DNA from: an uncultured bacterium
GTDB taxonomy: Bacteria; Actinomycetota; Acidimicrobiia; Spongiisociales; ZC4RG35
NCBI GenBank assembly: GCA_963825585.1
Contig: CAWGTX010000006.1
Span: forward strand, 963,905 to 1,027,904
Reading direction: 5' to 3'
DNA length: 64,000 bases
The notes under the pieces are model-generated. The model had not been told where the DNA came from. It did not search any database and saw only the letters and a list, made by a program, of their open reading frames with translations. A program made the translations under genes and the position numbers. Position 1 is the stretch's first letter, and every line of letters starts with the position of its first letter. Of this stretch, positions 18,082-29,134 are shown piece after piece.

Positions 18082-18169
18082 TCACCAGCACCACGGCCAC
18101 CAACCCGCGCTCTGGGGACGAAATCGACCGTCTGACGGTCGTTTCTGTCCCCAGTTGGGAGGAGAGGGC

Positions 18170-19900
18170 GTGGATCTGAAGCTGATCGGTGCCGAGGCGA
18201 CGCCCGAGGAGGTTGCGGCCATCGCCGCTGCCGTCCCGGCGGCCGAAACCGTGGACCTGGCTGGTCGGGTGGTCCGTACCGAATGGACGTCGCTGCGACA
18301 CCACCTGCTGCCGGCGCTCGATGCCGTCCAGTCCAGCATCGGATACGTCAGCACGGGGGCGGTCGACGAGATCGCTCGCCGTTTGCACGTGCCGCCGGCC
18401 GAGGTGTTCTCGGTGGCGTCGTTCTACGCCCTGATCGCCTTGGAGGAGTCCCCGCCGACGGTGGCTCACATCTGCGACGACACCGCCTGCCGCCTGGCCG
18501 GCGGAGCCTCGTTGCTGGCGTCGCTCGACGGCCGTGACGACGTCCACCCCACCCCCTGCATCGGTCAGTGCGACCGGGGCCCTGCCGCCTTCATCCAGCG
18601 GGCGGGCGAAGACGACCTGGTGGTCACGGCGGCGACCCGGGACGATCTGCTGGCGGTACTCGCCGGGGCCGAGAGCGAGCCGCCGCTCCCCTACATCGTC
18701 GGCGACCGGCTCCTTCAGCACGTCAACACGACCGACCCCGAGGATCTGGACTCCTACTGCTCCCGTGACGGGTACACGGCTCTGGCGCATGCCGTGGAGC
18801 TCGGTCCCGACGGTGTGATCGCCGAGATGAAAGCCTCGAATCTGCGGGGCCGCGGCGGCGCCGCCTTCCCCACCGGTGTGAAGTGGGAGGCGGTGCGAAA
18901 CCAGCCGGCCCAGCCGAAGTACGTGGCCTGCAACGCCGACGAGTCCGAGCCCGGAACGTTCAAGGACCGGGTGATCATGGAGGGCGACCCGTTCGCCCTC
19001 ATCGAGGCGATGACCATCGCCGCCTTCACCGTCGGGGCCGAGCATGGGTTCATCTACATCCGGGGCGAGTACCCGGTGGCGACCCGCCGGCTTCGCAACG
19101 CCATCGCCCAGGCCGAGGCCGCCGGTCTGCTGGGCGACGACGTGATGGGCACCGGCTTGGCGTTCCATCTGGAGGTACGGCGGGGTCAGGGCGCATACAT
19201 CTGCGGCGAGGAAACGGCGCTGTTCAACTCGATCGAGGGCTTTCGCGGTGAGCCGCGCCAGAAGCCGCCGTTCCCGGTGGAGTCCGGCCTGTTCGGAAAG
19301 CCCACGCTGCTGAACTCGGTGGAGACCTTCGCCAACGTCGCCTGGATCCTCAGCAACGGTGGCGCCGCCTTCGCCGCCATGGGCACGCCGGAGTCCACCG
19401 GTACCCGCCTCATGTGCCTGTCGGGCGACGTCGCCCGTCCCGGCGTCTACGAGGAGCCGTTCGGCACCACCCTGCGTTCGGTGTTGGGGCAGGCGGGCGG
19501 AGTGGTGGGCGAGCTGCGGGCGATCCTGCTGGGCGGCGCCGCCGGTACCTTCGTTGGGCCGGACATGCTCGACGTGCCACTGTCGTTCGAGTCGGCTCGC
19601 GCCAACGGCTTCTCGCTCGGTTCGGGGGTGGTGATGCCGTTCAACACCACCCGCGACATGGGCGACATCGTGGCCCGGATCGCCCGGTTCTTCCGTGACG
19701 AGAGCTGCGGGCAATGTGTCCCCTGCCGGGTGGGCACCGTGCGGATCGAGGAGGCGGTGGGTCGGGCCCGGGCCGGGAAGGGTGTCGACATCCCGCTGAT
19801 CGTGGAGATGGACCGGGCCATGAAGGACTCGTCGATCTGCGGGTTGGGCCACACGGCCTCGTCGGCGGTGCTGAGCGCCATGAGGATGGGGTTGGTATGA
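18170..19900 (+). CDS. Fused FdsG-FdsB (NuoE-like 2Fe-2S + NuoF-like FMN/NADH-binding 4Fe-4S) subunit of NAD-dependent formate dehydrogenase
   Basis: NuoE-type CxxxxC...CxxxC (CDDTACRLAGG...CIGQCDRGPA), then NuoF GRGGAAFPTGVKWE, ESEPGTFKDR, CGQCVPCRVGT. GTG start with GGGAGGAGAGG SD. Confidence 0.85.
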   Translation: MDLKLIGAEATPEEVAAIAAAVPAAETVDLAGRVVRTEWTSLRHHLLPALDAVQSSIGYVSTGAVDEIARRLHVPPAEVFSVASFYALIALEESPPTVAHICDDTACRLAGGASLLASLDGRDDVHPTPCIGQCDRGPAAFIQRAGEDDLVVTAATRDDLLAVLAGAESEPPLPYIVGDRLLQHVNTTDPEDLDSYCSRDGYTALAHAVELGPDGVIAEMKASNLRGRGGAAFPTGVKWEAVRNQPAQPKYVACNADESEPGTFKDRVIMEGDPFALIEAMTIAAFTVGAEHGFIYIRGEYPVATRRLRNAIAQAEAAGLLGDDVMGTGLAFHLEVRRGQGAYICGEETALFNSIEGFRGEPRQKPPFPVESGLFGKPTLLNSVETFANVAWILSNGGAAFAAMGTPESTGTRLMCLSGDVARPGVYEEPFGTTLRSVLGQAGGVVGELRAILLGGAAGTFVGPDMLDVPLSFESARANGFSLGSGVVMPFNTTRDMGDIVARIARFFRDESCGQCVPCRVGTVRIEEAVGRARAGKGVDIPLIVEMDRAMKDSSICGLGHTASSAVLSAMRMGLV

Positions 19901-20853
19901 CCGACATGGTCACCATCACCGTCGATGGCTCGCCGGTGTCGGTCCGCGCCGGTGCCACCCTGCTGGAGGCGTGTCGTTCGATCGGAAGCGACCAGCCGAC
20001 GCTGTGCTACCTCGAGACCCTGACCCCGGTGAACGTGTGCCGGGTGTGTGTGGTCGAGGTGGAGGGCAGCCGCACCCTGGTGCCTTCCTGCTCCCGGCCC
20101 GCCGAGGAGGGAATGGTGGTGCAGACCGACTCGGAACGGGTGAGACTGAGCCGCAAGGTGGTCTTCGAGTTCCTGGCGTCGTCGGTGGACATGTCGCTGG
20201 TGAACGCCGAGACCAAGGGTTGGATGTCGGAGTACGGATGTGATCCCGACCGTTTCGGACCGCCCGCTCCCCCGGTCACCGACCGCGACCGCCGCCGGAG
20301 TGGACACCACCACCCCGCCGACGGCATGGTCGTCGAGACGGTCCACCAGCCGGTCAAGGTGGACAACCAGCTCTATGTCCGCGACTACAGCCGCTGCATC
20401 CTCTGTTACAAGTGCGTGGAGGCGTGCGGCGAGGACGCCCAGAACACCTTTGCCATCGCCGTGGCGGGGCGCGGGTTCGATGCCCGCATCTCGACCGAGT
20501 TCGACACCGGTCTCACCGACTCGGCCTGCGTGTTCTGCGGCAACTGCGTGGGAGTCTGTCCCACCGGGGCGCTCATGTTCCGTTCCGAGCATGAACTCCG
20601 GAACGCCGAGATGTGGCATCCGGAGGACCAGACCGTCACCCGCACCGTCTGCTCGTACTGCGGTGTGGGGTGCAACCTGGAGTTGCACGTCCAGGACAAC
20701 CGGATCGTGAAGGTGACCTCCCCGCAGGACCATTCGGTCACCGAGGGCCACCTGTGTATCAAGGGCCGCTTCGGATACGAGTACGTCCAAGAACTGGGCG
20801 ATCTCGCCATGACCCCAATCGACGAGGTACTGGCGCGGGCGCGCCAGTCTTGA
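19897..20853 (+). CDS. Formate dehydrogenase alpha subunit, N-terminal Fe-S part (2Fe-2S, His/Cys 4Fe-4S, two ferredoxin-type 4Fe-4S, and the MopB N-terminal 4Fe-4S domain), 318 aa
   Basis: 2Fe-2S Cys pattern; CILCYKCVEAC, CVFCGNCVGVCP, CSYCGVGCNLELH...GHLCIKGRFGYEYVQ. ATG overlaps the upstream stop (ATGA). Confidence 0.85.
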   Translation: MTDMVTITVDGSPVSVRAGATLLEACRSIGSDQPTLCYLETLTPVNVCRVCVVEVEGSRTLVPSCSRPAEEGMVVQTDSERVRLSRKVVFEFLASSVDMSLVNAETKGWMSEYGCDPDRFGPPAPPVTDRDRRRSGHHHPADGMVVETVHQPVKVDNQLYVRDYSRCILCYKCVEACGEDAQNTFAIAVAGRGFDARISTEFDTGLTDSACVFCGNCVGVCPTGALMFRSEHELRNAEMWHPEDQTVTRTVCSYCGVGCNLELHVQDNRIVKVTSPQDHSVTEGHLCIKGRFGYEYVQELGDLAMTPIDEVLARARQS

Positions 20854-20885
20854 TCGCCTCCCGCAGGCCGCCATGCCAGAACCAC

Positions 20886-20932
20886 AACTGGGGACGGAAT
20901 CGACACCTGATGGGTCGACTTCGTCCCCAGTT
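20886..20932 (+). terminator. Hairpin after the FDH Fe-S gene
   Basis: Perfect 11-bp stem aactggggacg / cgtccccagtt with a 25-nt loop containing an inner gtcgac stem. No U-tract. Confidence 0.45.
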
Positions 20933-21132
20933 CGGGTTTGGAGGTCTCCTCGGAGGTTCAGACGGCGAGCGGGAGACGCTCTGTGGATGCGCGATGAACG
21001 CTCGTTCTGGAGTCTCCCTGCGCACTGGCCTCGCGGCCGCAGGCACACAGGAACGAGGTGATGTCACCATCGTGGCGACGTTCGACGCCTCTCACCTGAT
21101 AATCGGCGATCAGGACTTCGTGACTGTACGTA

Positions 21133-21315
21133 TCACACCAGACTCGGAACACGCTCCACCACCTCTTCCGGCGCCGGGGAAGCCTCGTTGGCCGCGGCAC
21201 GGCGGGCACGGCGCTGCCTCACGGCATCGGCGACGTCGCGAGCGCGATCCGCCAAGCGATGGGCTTCTTCGATCTGGGTCACTGCCAGGTAGTACAACAT
21301 CTGCGGGTGCGACAC
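21133..21315 (-). CDS. Small hypothetical protein (60 aa)
   Basis: GTG start with AAGGA SD; high GC3. Could equally be non-coding. Confidence 0.25.
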   Translation of the reverse strand: MSHPQMLYYLAVTQIEEAHRLADRARDVADAVRQRRARRAAANEASPAPEEVVERVPSLV

Positions 21316-21438
21316 GTTCGTTCCTTTTCATCGAGTTACTCTCCGGATCCTGTCGGCAGATCGCCGCCATGATTCAGAGCAGTAATGGCTCTTAACCTCT
21401 ATACCCCTTACTATACCTGAGCTAGAGTAATACCTCAA
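21316..21438. promoter_or_regulatory. Unusually AT-rich divergent promoter region with short direct repeats (ctatacc x2)
   Basis: taatggctcttaacctctataccccttactatacctgagctagagtaatacctcaag; GC content far below genome average. Confidence 0.4.
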
Positions 21439-21996
21439 GTGGACTTTTCTCATTACAGCAGCGCCCCGTTGGGACTGGTGGTCGAGCTCGTCAACACCGA
21501 CGGCAAGCTCGTAGACCGGCGCGACTCCCTCATGTTCCTGCCGGATCTCGAGTCGTTCCTCGACCGCCATCTCGACATCTGGATGGAGGACTCCCGGCCT
21601 CCGACCGAGAGCGATGTCGAGCCGGTTCGGGCACTGCGGCGTGCCCTTCGGACGGTGTTCGAGGCCACCGATCCCGACCAGGCGGCCGCCATCATCAACC
21701 AGATCCTCGCCGAGAACGGCGCTGCTCCCCGGGTCTCGACGCACGGCGGTGCGCCCCATCTCCACTTCGAGACGCCGGGTACCAGCTTCTCGCGATGGTT
21801 GGCCGTCGTTGCCGCCATGGGGCTGGCCACCGTTGTCGTCGACCAGGGCATCGGACGGCTGGGAGTCTGCGCCTCGGCTGACTGCCACGACGTGTTCCTC
21901 GACACCTCACGTAATCGATCCCGACGCCACTGCTCCTCGACCTGCTCGACCCGCGAGAACGTGGCTGCCTACCGCAAGCGACACAGAACGGCATGA
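21439..21996 (+). CDS. ABATE-domain / CGNR zinc-finger protein (putative stress-responsive regulator)
   Basis: C-terminal CASADCHDVFLDTSRNRSRRHCSSTCSTRENVAAYRKRH, the CGNR zinc-finger motif. GTG start. Confidence 0.75.
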   Translation: MDFSHYSSAPLGLVVELVNTDGKLVDRRDSLMFLPDLESFLDRHLDIWMEDSRPPTESDVEPVRALRRALRTVFEATDPDQAAAIINQILAENGAAPRVSTHGGAPHLHFETPGTSFSRWLAVVAAMGLATVVVDQGIGRLGVCASADCHDVFLDTSRNRSRRHCSSTCSTRENVAAYRKRHRTA

Positions 21997-23765
21997 CCTC
22001 GCCGGGAGTCGGCGCCCGCTTCGATGACCTGCGGCCCCGCCGACGCAGATCATTCCAACTCGACGGCCTGGTCGAGGTGTTCGAGGCAACCTCGCTCGAC
22101 GAGGTCGGTGACGTGATCGCCCGAGCAGACCGCGCCGTTCGTGCCGGCCGGTGGGTGGCCGGGTGGGTCGCCTACGAGGCAGCACCGGCCTTCGACCCGG
22201 CAATGACGGTGCGAGACACCGACCGCACCACTCTCGGCGAACTCCCGCTTGCCTGGTTCGGAGCGTTCGAATCGCGCGGTCCCACCGACCGCACCCCACC
22301 CGGCACCTACCGGCTCGGGCCGTGGGAGCCAACGGTGTCGGCGGACCAGCACGCAGCAGGTGTCGACGCCATTCGCCGCCACATCCGCAACGGCGAGACG
22401 TACCAGGTCAACTACACATTCAGGCTGCAGTCCGAGTTCGACGGTGACGCCATGGCGCTGTATCGCGAGCTCTCACAGTCACAGAACACGGCCTATGGCG
22501 CTTTCATCGACACGGGACGCTGGGTGGTTGCCTCAGCCTCCCCCGAGCTCTTCCTCGAGTGGCGCCACGGGCGCATCTCATCCAAACCGATGAAGGGCAC
22601 TACTGGGAGGGGTCTCGACATCGCCGACGACGAGGCGAGACGCTCGTGGCTGGAGCACTCGGAGAAGAACCGCGCCGAGAACCTCATGATCGTGGACATG
22701 GTCCGCAACGACCTCGGGCGGGTCGCCCGCACAGGCAGCGTCAAGGTCCCGGCGCTCTTCACCACCGAGAAGTACGACACCGTCTGGCAGCTGACGTCCA
22801 CCGTGGTCGCCGACCCCCGCCCCGGGACGGATCTGCTCGCCGTCTTCGCCGCGCTGTTCCCGTGCGCTTCGATCACAGGAGCTCCGAAGGTGGCCACCAT
22901 GCGTATCATCGCCGACCTCGAGTCCGACCCGCGCGGCGTGTACTGCGGTGCCATCGGGTTCGGGGGCCCTGGCACCGACGGCGAGCCGCAGTGGGCTTTC
23001 AACGTCGGCATCCGAACCGTCCTGGCCGATCGCCACACGGGTCGTGCCTGGTACGGGACCGGCGGCGGTGTCACCTACGACTCGACCCCCGAGGACGAGT
23101 ACCAGGAGGCGCTCCTCAAAGCTCAGGTGCTGGCCCGGCGCTCGGCGGACTTCTCGCTCCTCGAGACCATGCGGTGGGATCCGGTGGGCGGGTTCCGTCA
23201 CCTGAACCGGCACCTCCACCGACTGTCCGACTCCGCCTGGTACTTCGATGTTCCGCTCGACCCCGCCGAGGTGCGAACGGCGCTCGAACGGGCCACCCGC
23301 GGTCACGAAGCGGCGCTGCGGGTTCGACTGCTGGTCGACCGCACTGGCTGGGTGGCGGTGGAATCCGAGCCCGCCCCTCCCCGGCCGTCCCGGCCCATCA
23401 GGCTGGCGATCGACACAGTGCCGGTCGACCCCGAGGACCCGTTCCTACGACACAAGACAACCAACCGCCGTACCTACGACGAGGCACTCCGGCGACACCC
23501 CGACGCCGACGACGTCGTGCTGTGCAACACGAAGGGCGAGGCCACCGAGACCGCCATCGCCAACCTTGCGGCCCTCATAGACGGTCAGTGGCGCACACCG
23601 CCACTGGCATCCGGTTGCCTCGCCGGGGTGGAACGGGCCGTTGCGCTCGACCAGGGACGGCTGGTGGAACAACCGGTCCTCGTCACCGAACTGGTAGGCG
23701 CTGATGCGGTCGTACGCCTGAATGCCCTCCGGGGTTGGGAGCCCGCCGTGCTCATCGGCGCGTGA
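21993..23765 (+). CDS. pabB: Aminodeoxychorismate synthase component I fused to aminodeoxychorismate lyase (class-IV fold)
   Basis: Chorismate-binding signatures (PELFLEW, SSKPMKGT, IVDMVRNDL, FPCASITGAPK, YCGAIGF); C-terminal fold-IV lyase domain. ATGA overlap with the upstream gene. Confidence 0.85.
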   Translation: MTSPGVGARFDDLRPRRRRSFQLDGLVEVFEATSLDEVGDVIARADRAVRAGRWVAGWVAYEAAPAFDPAMTVRDTDRTTLGELPLAWFGAFESRGPTDRTPPGTYRLGPWEPTVSADQHAAGVDAIRRHIRNGETYQVNYTFRLQSEFDGDAMALYRELSQSQNTAYGAFIDTGRWVVASASPELFLEWRHGRISSKPMKGTTGRGLDIADDEARRSWLEHSEKNRAENLMIVDMVRNDLGRVARTGSVKVPALFTTEKYDTVWQLTSTVVADPRPGTDLLAVFAALFPCASITGAPKVATMRIIADLESDPRGVYCGAIGFGGPGTDGEPQWAFNVGIRTVLADRHTGRAWYGTGGGVTYDSTPEDEYQEALLKAQVLARRSADFSLLETMRWDPVGGFRHLNRHLHRLSDSAWYFDVPLDPAEVRTALERATRGHEAALRVRLLVDRTGWVAVESEPAPPRPSRPIRLAIDTVPVDPEDPFLRHKTTNRRTYDEALRRHPDADDVVLCNTKGEATETAIANLAALIDGQWRTPPLASGCLAGVERAVALDQGRLVEQPVLVTELVGADAVVRLNALRGWEPAVLIGA

Positions 23766-23768
23766 GCA

Positions 23769-24860
23769 TCAGCCGGGGAACGAGACCACGTTACGGAGAG
23801 CTCCACCGGATCGGACCTCCGCCACCGCCTCGGCGATCTCGACGAGCGGAACGCTACGCGTCACGAGGTTCTGGAGATCCAGTCGTCCCTCGGAGTGCAA
23901 CGACACCAACCACGGGATGTCCACACCGGGGACGGCCGAACCCATCTTCGATCCGATGATCCGCTGGCCCGCTGCCGCCAGGTATCCCAACTCGAGTTCG
24001 GTGGCGACTCCGTTGGCGGGCATCCCCACGACGCAGAGGCTGCCCCCGCGCCTCGTCATCGCCAGCCCCGAGTCGATGGCGCGGCCGCTCCCGGCTGCAA
24101 CGAACACAACGTCGGCTCCGCGGCCTCCGGTGAGCTCGCGTACCCGGTCCACCGCCACGTCGGCCTCGACGGCGGCGGTGGCCCCGAACGAGACCGCCGA
24201 CTCGAGCTTGGCGGGTGCGAGGTCGACGGCGATGATCTGCGAGGCGCCGGCGATGCGAGCGCCTTGGACAACGTTCAGTCCCACGCCGCCCACACCGATG
24301 ACGGCGACGATCGCCCCCGGCTCCACCCGGGCGGTACGAGCGACCGCACCCACACCGGTGAGCACACCGCACGCCAGCAACGAGGCCAGTTCGGGCGGCA
24401 GTTCCGGCGGGACGAGGATCACCTGGGATGAGTGGGCCACCACCTCACCGGCGAAGCCACCCACTTTCAGACCTTGTCCCACGGGCGTGCCGTCGGAGCG
24501 GTGCAGCCGGGTCTCCTCGTCGAGCGGGAATCGGGCCAAGCAGAAGGTGGGCTCGCCCGCCTGGCAGAAGAAACACTCCCCGCAGTAGCGGACCAAGGTC
24601 ACGATCACCGTGTCACCGGGTACGACGGCGGAGACCCCGGCCCCGACGGCCGAAACCACTCCCGCCGTCTCATGTCCGAACACGGCCGGCTCGAACGCTC
24701 CCCACGAACCGTCGAAGAAGGAGATGTCGCTGTGACAGATGGCAGTGGCGGTGACCCTCACCTGCACCTCGCCTGGGCCGGGCGGGTCGAGACACACTTC
24801 CTCGATCTCGAGAGGGCGATCGGGTGAGTACGAAACGGCGGCGAGTGTGGTGGTGGTCAC
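23769..24860 (-). CDS. Zinc-dependent alcohol dehydrogenase (MDR family)
   Basis: GHETAGVV, Zn Cys cluster CGECFFCQAGEPTFC, Rossmann VIGVGGVGL. GTG start overlapping the upstream TGA (GTGA). Confidence 0.85.
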   Translation of the reverse strand: MTTTTLAAVSYSPDRPLEIEEVCLDPPGPGEVQVRVTATAICHSDISFFDGSWGAFEPAVFGHETAGVVSAVGAGVSAVVPGDTVIVTLVRYCGECFFCQAGEPTFCLARFPLDEETRLHRSDGTPVGQGLKVGGFAGEVVAHSSQVILVPPELPPELASLLACGVLTGVGAVARTARVEPGAIVAVIGVGGVGLNVVQGARIAGASQIIAVDLAPAKLESAVSFGATAAVEADVAVDRVRELTGGRGADVVFVAAGSGRAIDSGLAMTRRGGSLCVVGMPANGVATELELGYLAAAGQRIIGSKMGSAVPGVDIPWLVSLHSEGRLDLQNLVTRSVPLVEIAEAVAEVRSGGALRNVVSFPG

Positions 24861-25768
24861 GTCAGCACCTCGGGGAACCCCGGCGCCCGCAGGTCGGTGC
24901 CGAGCGCGTCCTCGAGCAGCTTGACCACCTGGCTCGACCAGGCGCCGCCGCCGTACTGAGATCGGGCCCGGATGAAGATCTGTTCGACCAGGCCGGCCAG
25001 TTCGAGGGGCACTCCGAACTCGCGTCCCAGATGGTGGGCGAAGCCGAGGTCCTTGCAGGCCAGGTCCATCGTGAATCCGATGTTGTAGCTGCCGTTCAGG
25101 ATCACCTGGCTCTCGGTCTCGTGCACGAAGCTGTTGCCAGAGCTGTTGAGGATCACCTCGAAGGACTTGGCCAGGTCCAGACCGCCCCTCCTGGCCAGCA
25201 TCAGCGCCTCGCCGGCGGCGACGAGGTGGATGAAGGCGAGCATGTTGGTGATCACCTTGATGATGGCCGCACTCCCCAGCGGCCCCATGTGGATCACCGG
25301 GTCGCCCATCATCTCGAGCAGCGGCTTGACCCGCTCGAAGACCTGCTCGTCTCCTCCGGCGATCACGGTGATCTCGCCGGCCGCCGCCTTGTGCACGCCA
25401 CCGGTGACCGGTGCCTCGATACAGGAGACACCAGCCGCCGCGGCGAGTGTTGCCAGCCGCCGTGTCTCGTCGAAGTCGTTGGTGCTCATGTCCACCCACA
25501 CCATGCCGTCGCCTGCGCCCGACAGGACGCCGCCGGCGCCCGCGACCACCGCATCCACCGCCTTCGAGGACGGCAGGCACGTGAAGACGACGTCGACCCC
25601 GGCTGCCAACTCCGAGGGCGACGAAGCCCACCCGGCTCCGGCAGCGAGGAGCGGCTGTGCCGTCTCCCGGTGGAGGTCGTGAACAGTCACCTCGGCGCCG
25701 CCCCGCAGGAGGCTCGAGGCAAGGTGCAGCCCGAGGTTGCCCAGGCCGATGAATCCGCAACGTGTCAT
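24857..25768 (-). CDS. NAD-binding 3-hydroxyisobutyrate / 6-phosphogluconate dehydrogenase-like oxidoreductase (HIBADH family)
   Basis: MTRCGFIGLGNLGLHLASSLL Rossmann start; HIBADH-like body. Confidence 0.85.
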   Translation of the reverse strand: MTRCGFIGLGNLGLHLASSLLRGGAEVTVHDLHRETAQPLLAAGAGWASSPSELAAGVDVVFTCLPSSKAVDAVVAGAGGVLSGAGDGMVWVDMSTNDFDETRRLATLAAAAGVSCIEAPVTGGVHKAAAGEITVIAGGDEQVFERVKPLLEMMGDPVIHMGPLGSAAIIKVITNMLAFIHLVAAGEALMLARRGGLDLAKSFEVILNSSGNSFVHETESQVILNGSYNIGFTMDLACKDLGFAHHLGREFGVPLELAGLVEQIFIRARSQYGGGAWSSQVVKLLEDALGTDLRAPGFPEVLT

Positions 25769-25775
25769 GTCTCCC

Positions 25776-26973
25776 TCAGATCGGTCGATCCGCCATCTCG
25801 AGGTGGAGCAGATCCCCGTCGTAGGGGTTGGCCCGTGCCACCTCCTCGTCCAGTTCGATTCCCAGGCCCGGCGCCTCGGGCGGCACGATGAAGCCGTCCT
25901 CCCAGCGGATCGGCGACTTCACCACGTCGGAGTGGAACCCACCCCAGGTGCCGATGCTCTCCTGGATGAGGAAGTTGGGCGAGCAGGTGCTGAGCTGGAT
26001 GTCGGCCGCCGCCGCGATCGGGCCGCAGTAGAGGTGCGGGGCGATCTGGACATAGTGCGCCTCGGCCATCCCGGCGATCTTCTTCGCCTCCAGCAGGCCG
26101 CCCACCCGACCCAGCGCCATCTGGAGGATGGCGGCCGATCGGTGCTCGAGCACCCGGGCGAACTCGTACTTGGTGGTGAGCCGCTCGCCGGTGGCGATGG
26201 GGATCGTCGTCTGGCGGGCGACCAGGGCCATCTCCTCGGGCATCTCAGCCGGTACCGGCTCCTCCAGCCACAGCGGGTCGTACTGTTCGAGCCGCCGGGC
26301 CAGACGGATCGCTCCCGCCGGTGTCATCTGGCCATGGGTCCCGAACAGCAGGTCGCATCGTGGCCCGACCGCCTCCCGGATCGTCCGCACGAAGCGCTCC
26401 GAGAGTTCGAGAGCCTCGAGCGACAACTGCCGGGGGTCGAAGGCGCTGTAGGGGCCGGCCGGGTCGAACTTGACCGCCGTGAAGCCCTGCTCGACGTACT
26501 GAACCGCTCGTTCGGCCGCCAGGTCCGAATCGACGTAGACGTCGGCCCGGTCGCCGTCCTGGGGGTACAGGTAGGTGTAGGACCGCAGTCGGTCGTGCAC
26601 CCGGCCACCCAGCAACCTGTACACCGGTTGACCGAGCTCCTTGCCGATGATGTCCCAACAGGCCATCTCGATGCCACTGAGAACCCCCAGCAGCGAAATG
26701 TCGGGGCGCTGCCCATATCCGCTCGAATAGACGGTGCGCCACAGGCGCTCGATGTCGAACGGGTCTGTTCCCAGCACTCTCCGTTCGCACACGTCTTCGA
26801 TCATCCGCGCCACCACGGATGGATGAAAGGGAACCGAGTACACCTCGCCGTATCCGACGATGCCCGAGTCGGTGACGAGTTTGAGAAACACCCAGTACCG
26901 ACCACCGAAGTGCGGGGGCGGAACGCCGACCACGAATGTCTCGACCTGGGCGATCCGCATGGGCGCTGCCATG
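25776..26973 (-). CDS. Enolase-superfamily enzyme (mandelate racemase/muconate lactonising, dehydratase-like)
   Basis: MAAPMRIAQVETFVV...VKFDP...LWLEEP...ATGER. The track ORF over-extends about 229 codons upstream into non-coding sequence. Confidence 0.85.
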
Positions 26974-27268
26974 TTAGCCGGGGAGAAACACCGGCCCCGT
27001 ACTGGTGTCGAATACCGGACGTGACATGCCGGCGACTCTCCGACAGGCAACTCGGCGCTGGGATCAGCGACTCGCGTCCCCCACTTCGGACAGCTCGATC
27101 TGCTCCCAGCAGATGAACACGGCGTCGCACGGGATCGCCGACAGACGGTCCATCTGACGCATCGAACCCGCACTGGGTGGCGTGTTCTTGCTGGTGGTCG
27201 TGCACCTTCAGACCGTGGCTGGGTACACCGCAACCGAAGGGACGAAAACCGACGGCGAAGGCTGACGA

Positions 27269-29107
<1,839 letters not shown>

Positions 29108-29134
29108 CTCAGTGTACCGGATCGGGAGGCCGGC

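Noticed and set aside
18032-19852. 606-aa minus-strand ORF, and 19447..21048 533-aa minus ORF
   Set aside because: Antisense to the FdsGB fusion and FDH Fe-S genes, whose Cys motifs are unmistakable.
20860-21440. Toxin-antitoxin pair between the FDH operon and the CGNR gene
   Set aside because: Neither the plus-strand 99-codon ORF (20994..) nor the minus-strand 60-codon ORF shows a TA-family motif. They are mutually exclusive; only the minus one has reasonable GC3 and an SD, and it is kept at low confidence.
23769-25760. Single 663-aa minus ORF
   Set aside because: Contains two genes: Zn-ADH (GTG start 24860) and HIBADH-like (24857..25768). The upstream part is read-through in a non-coding frame.
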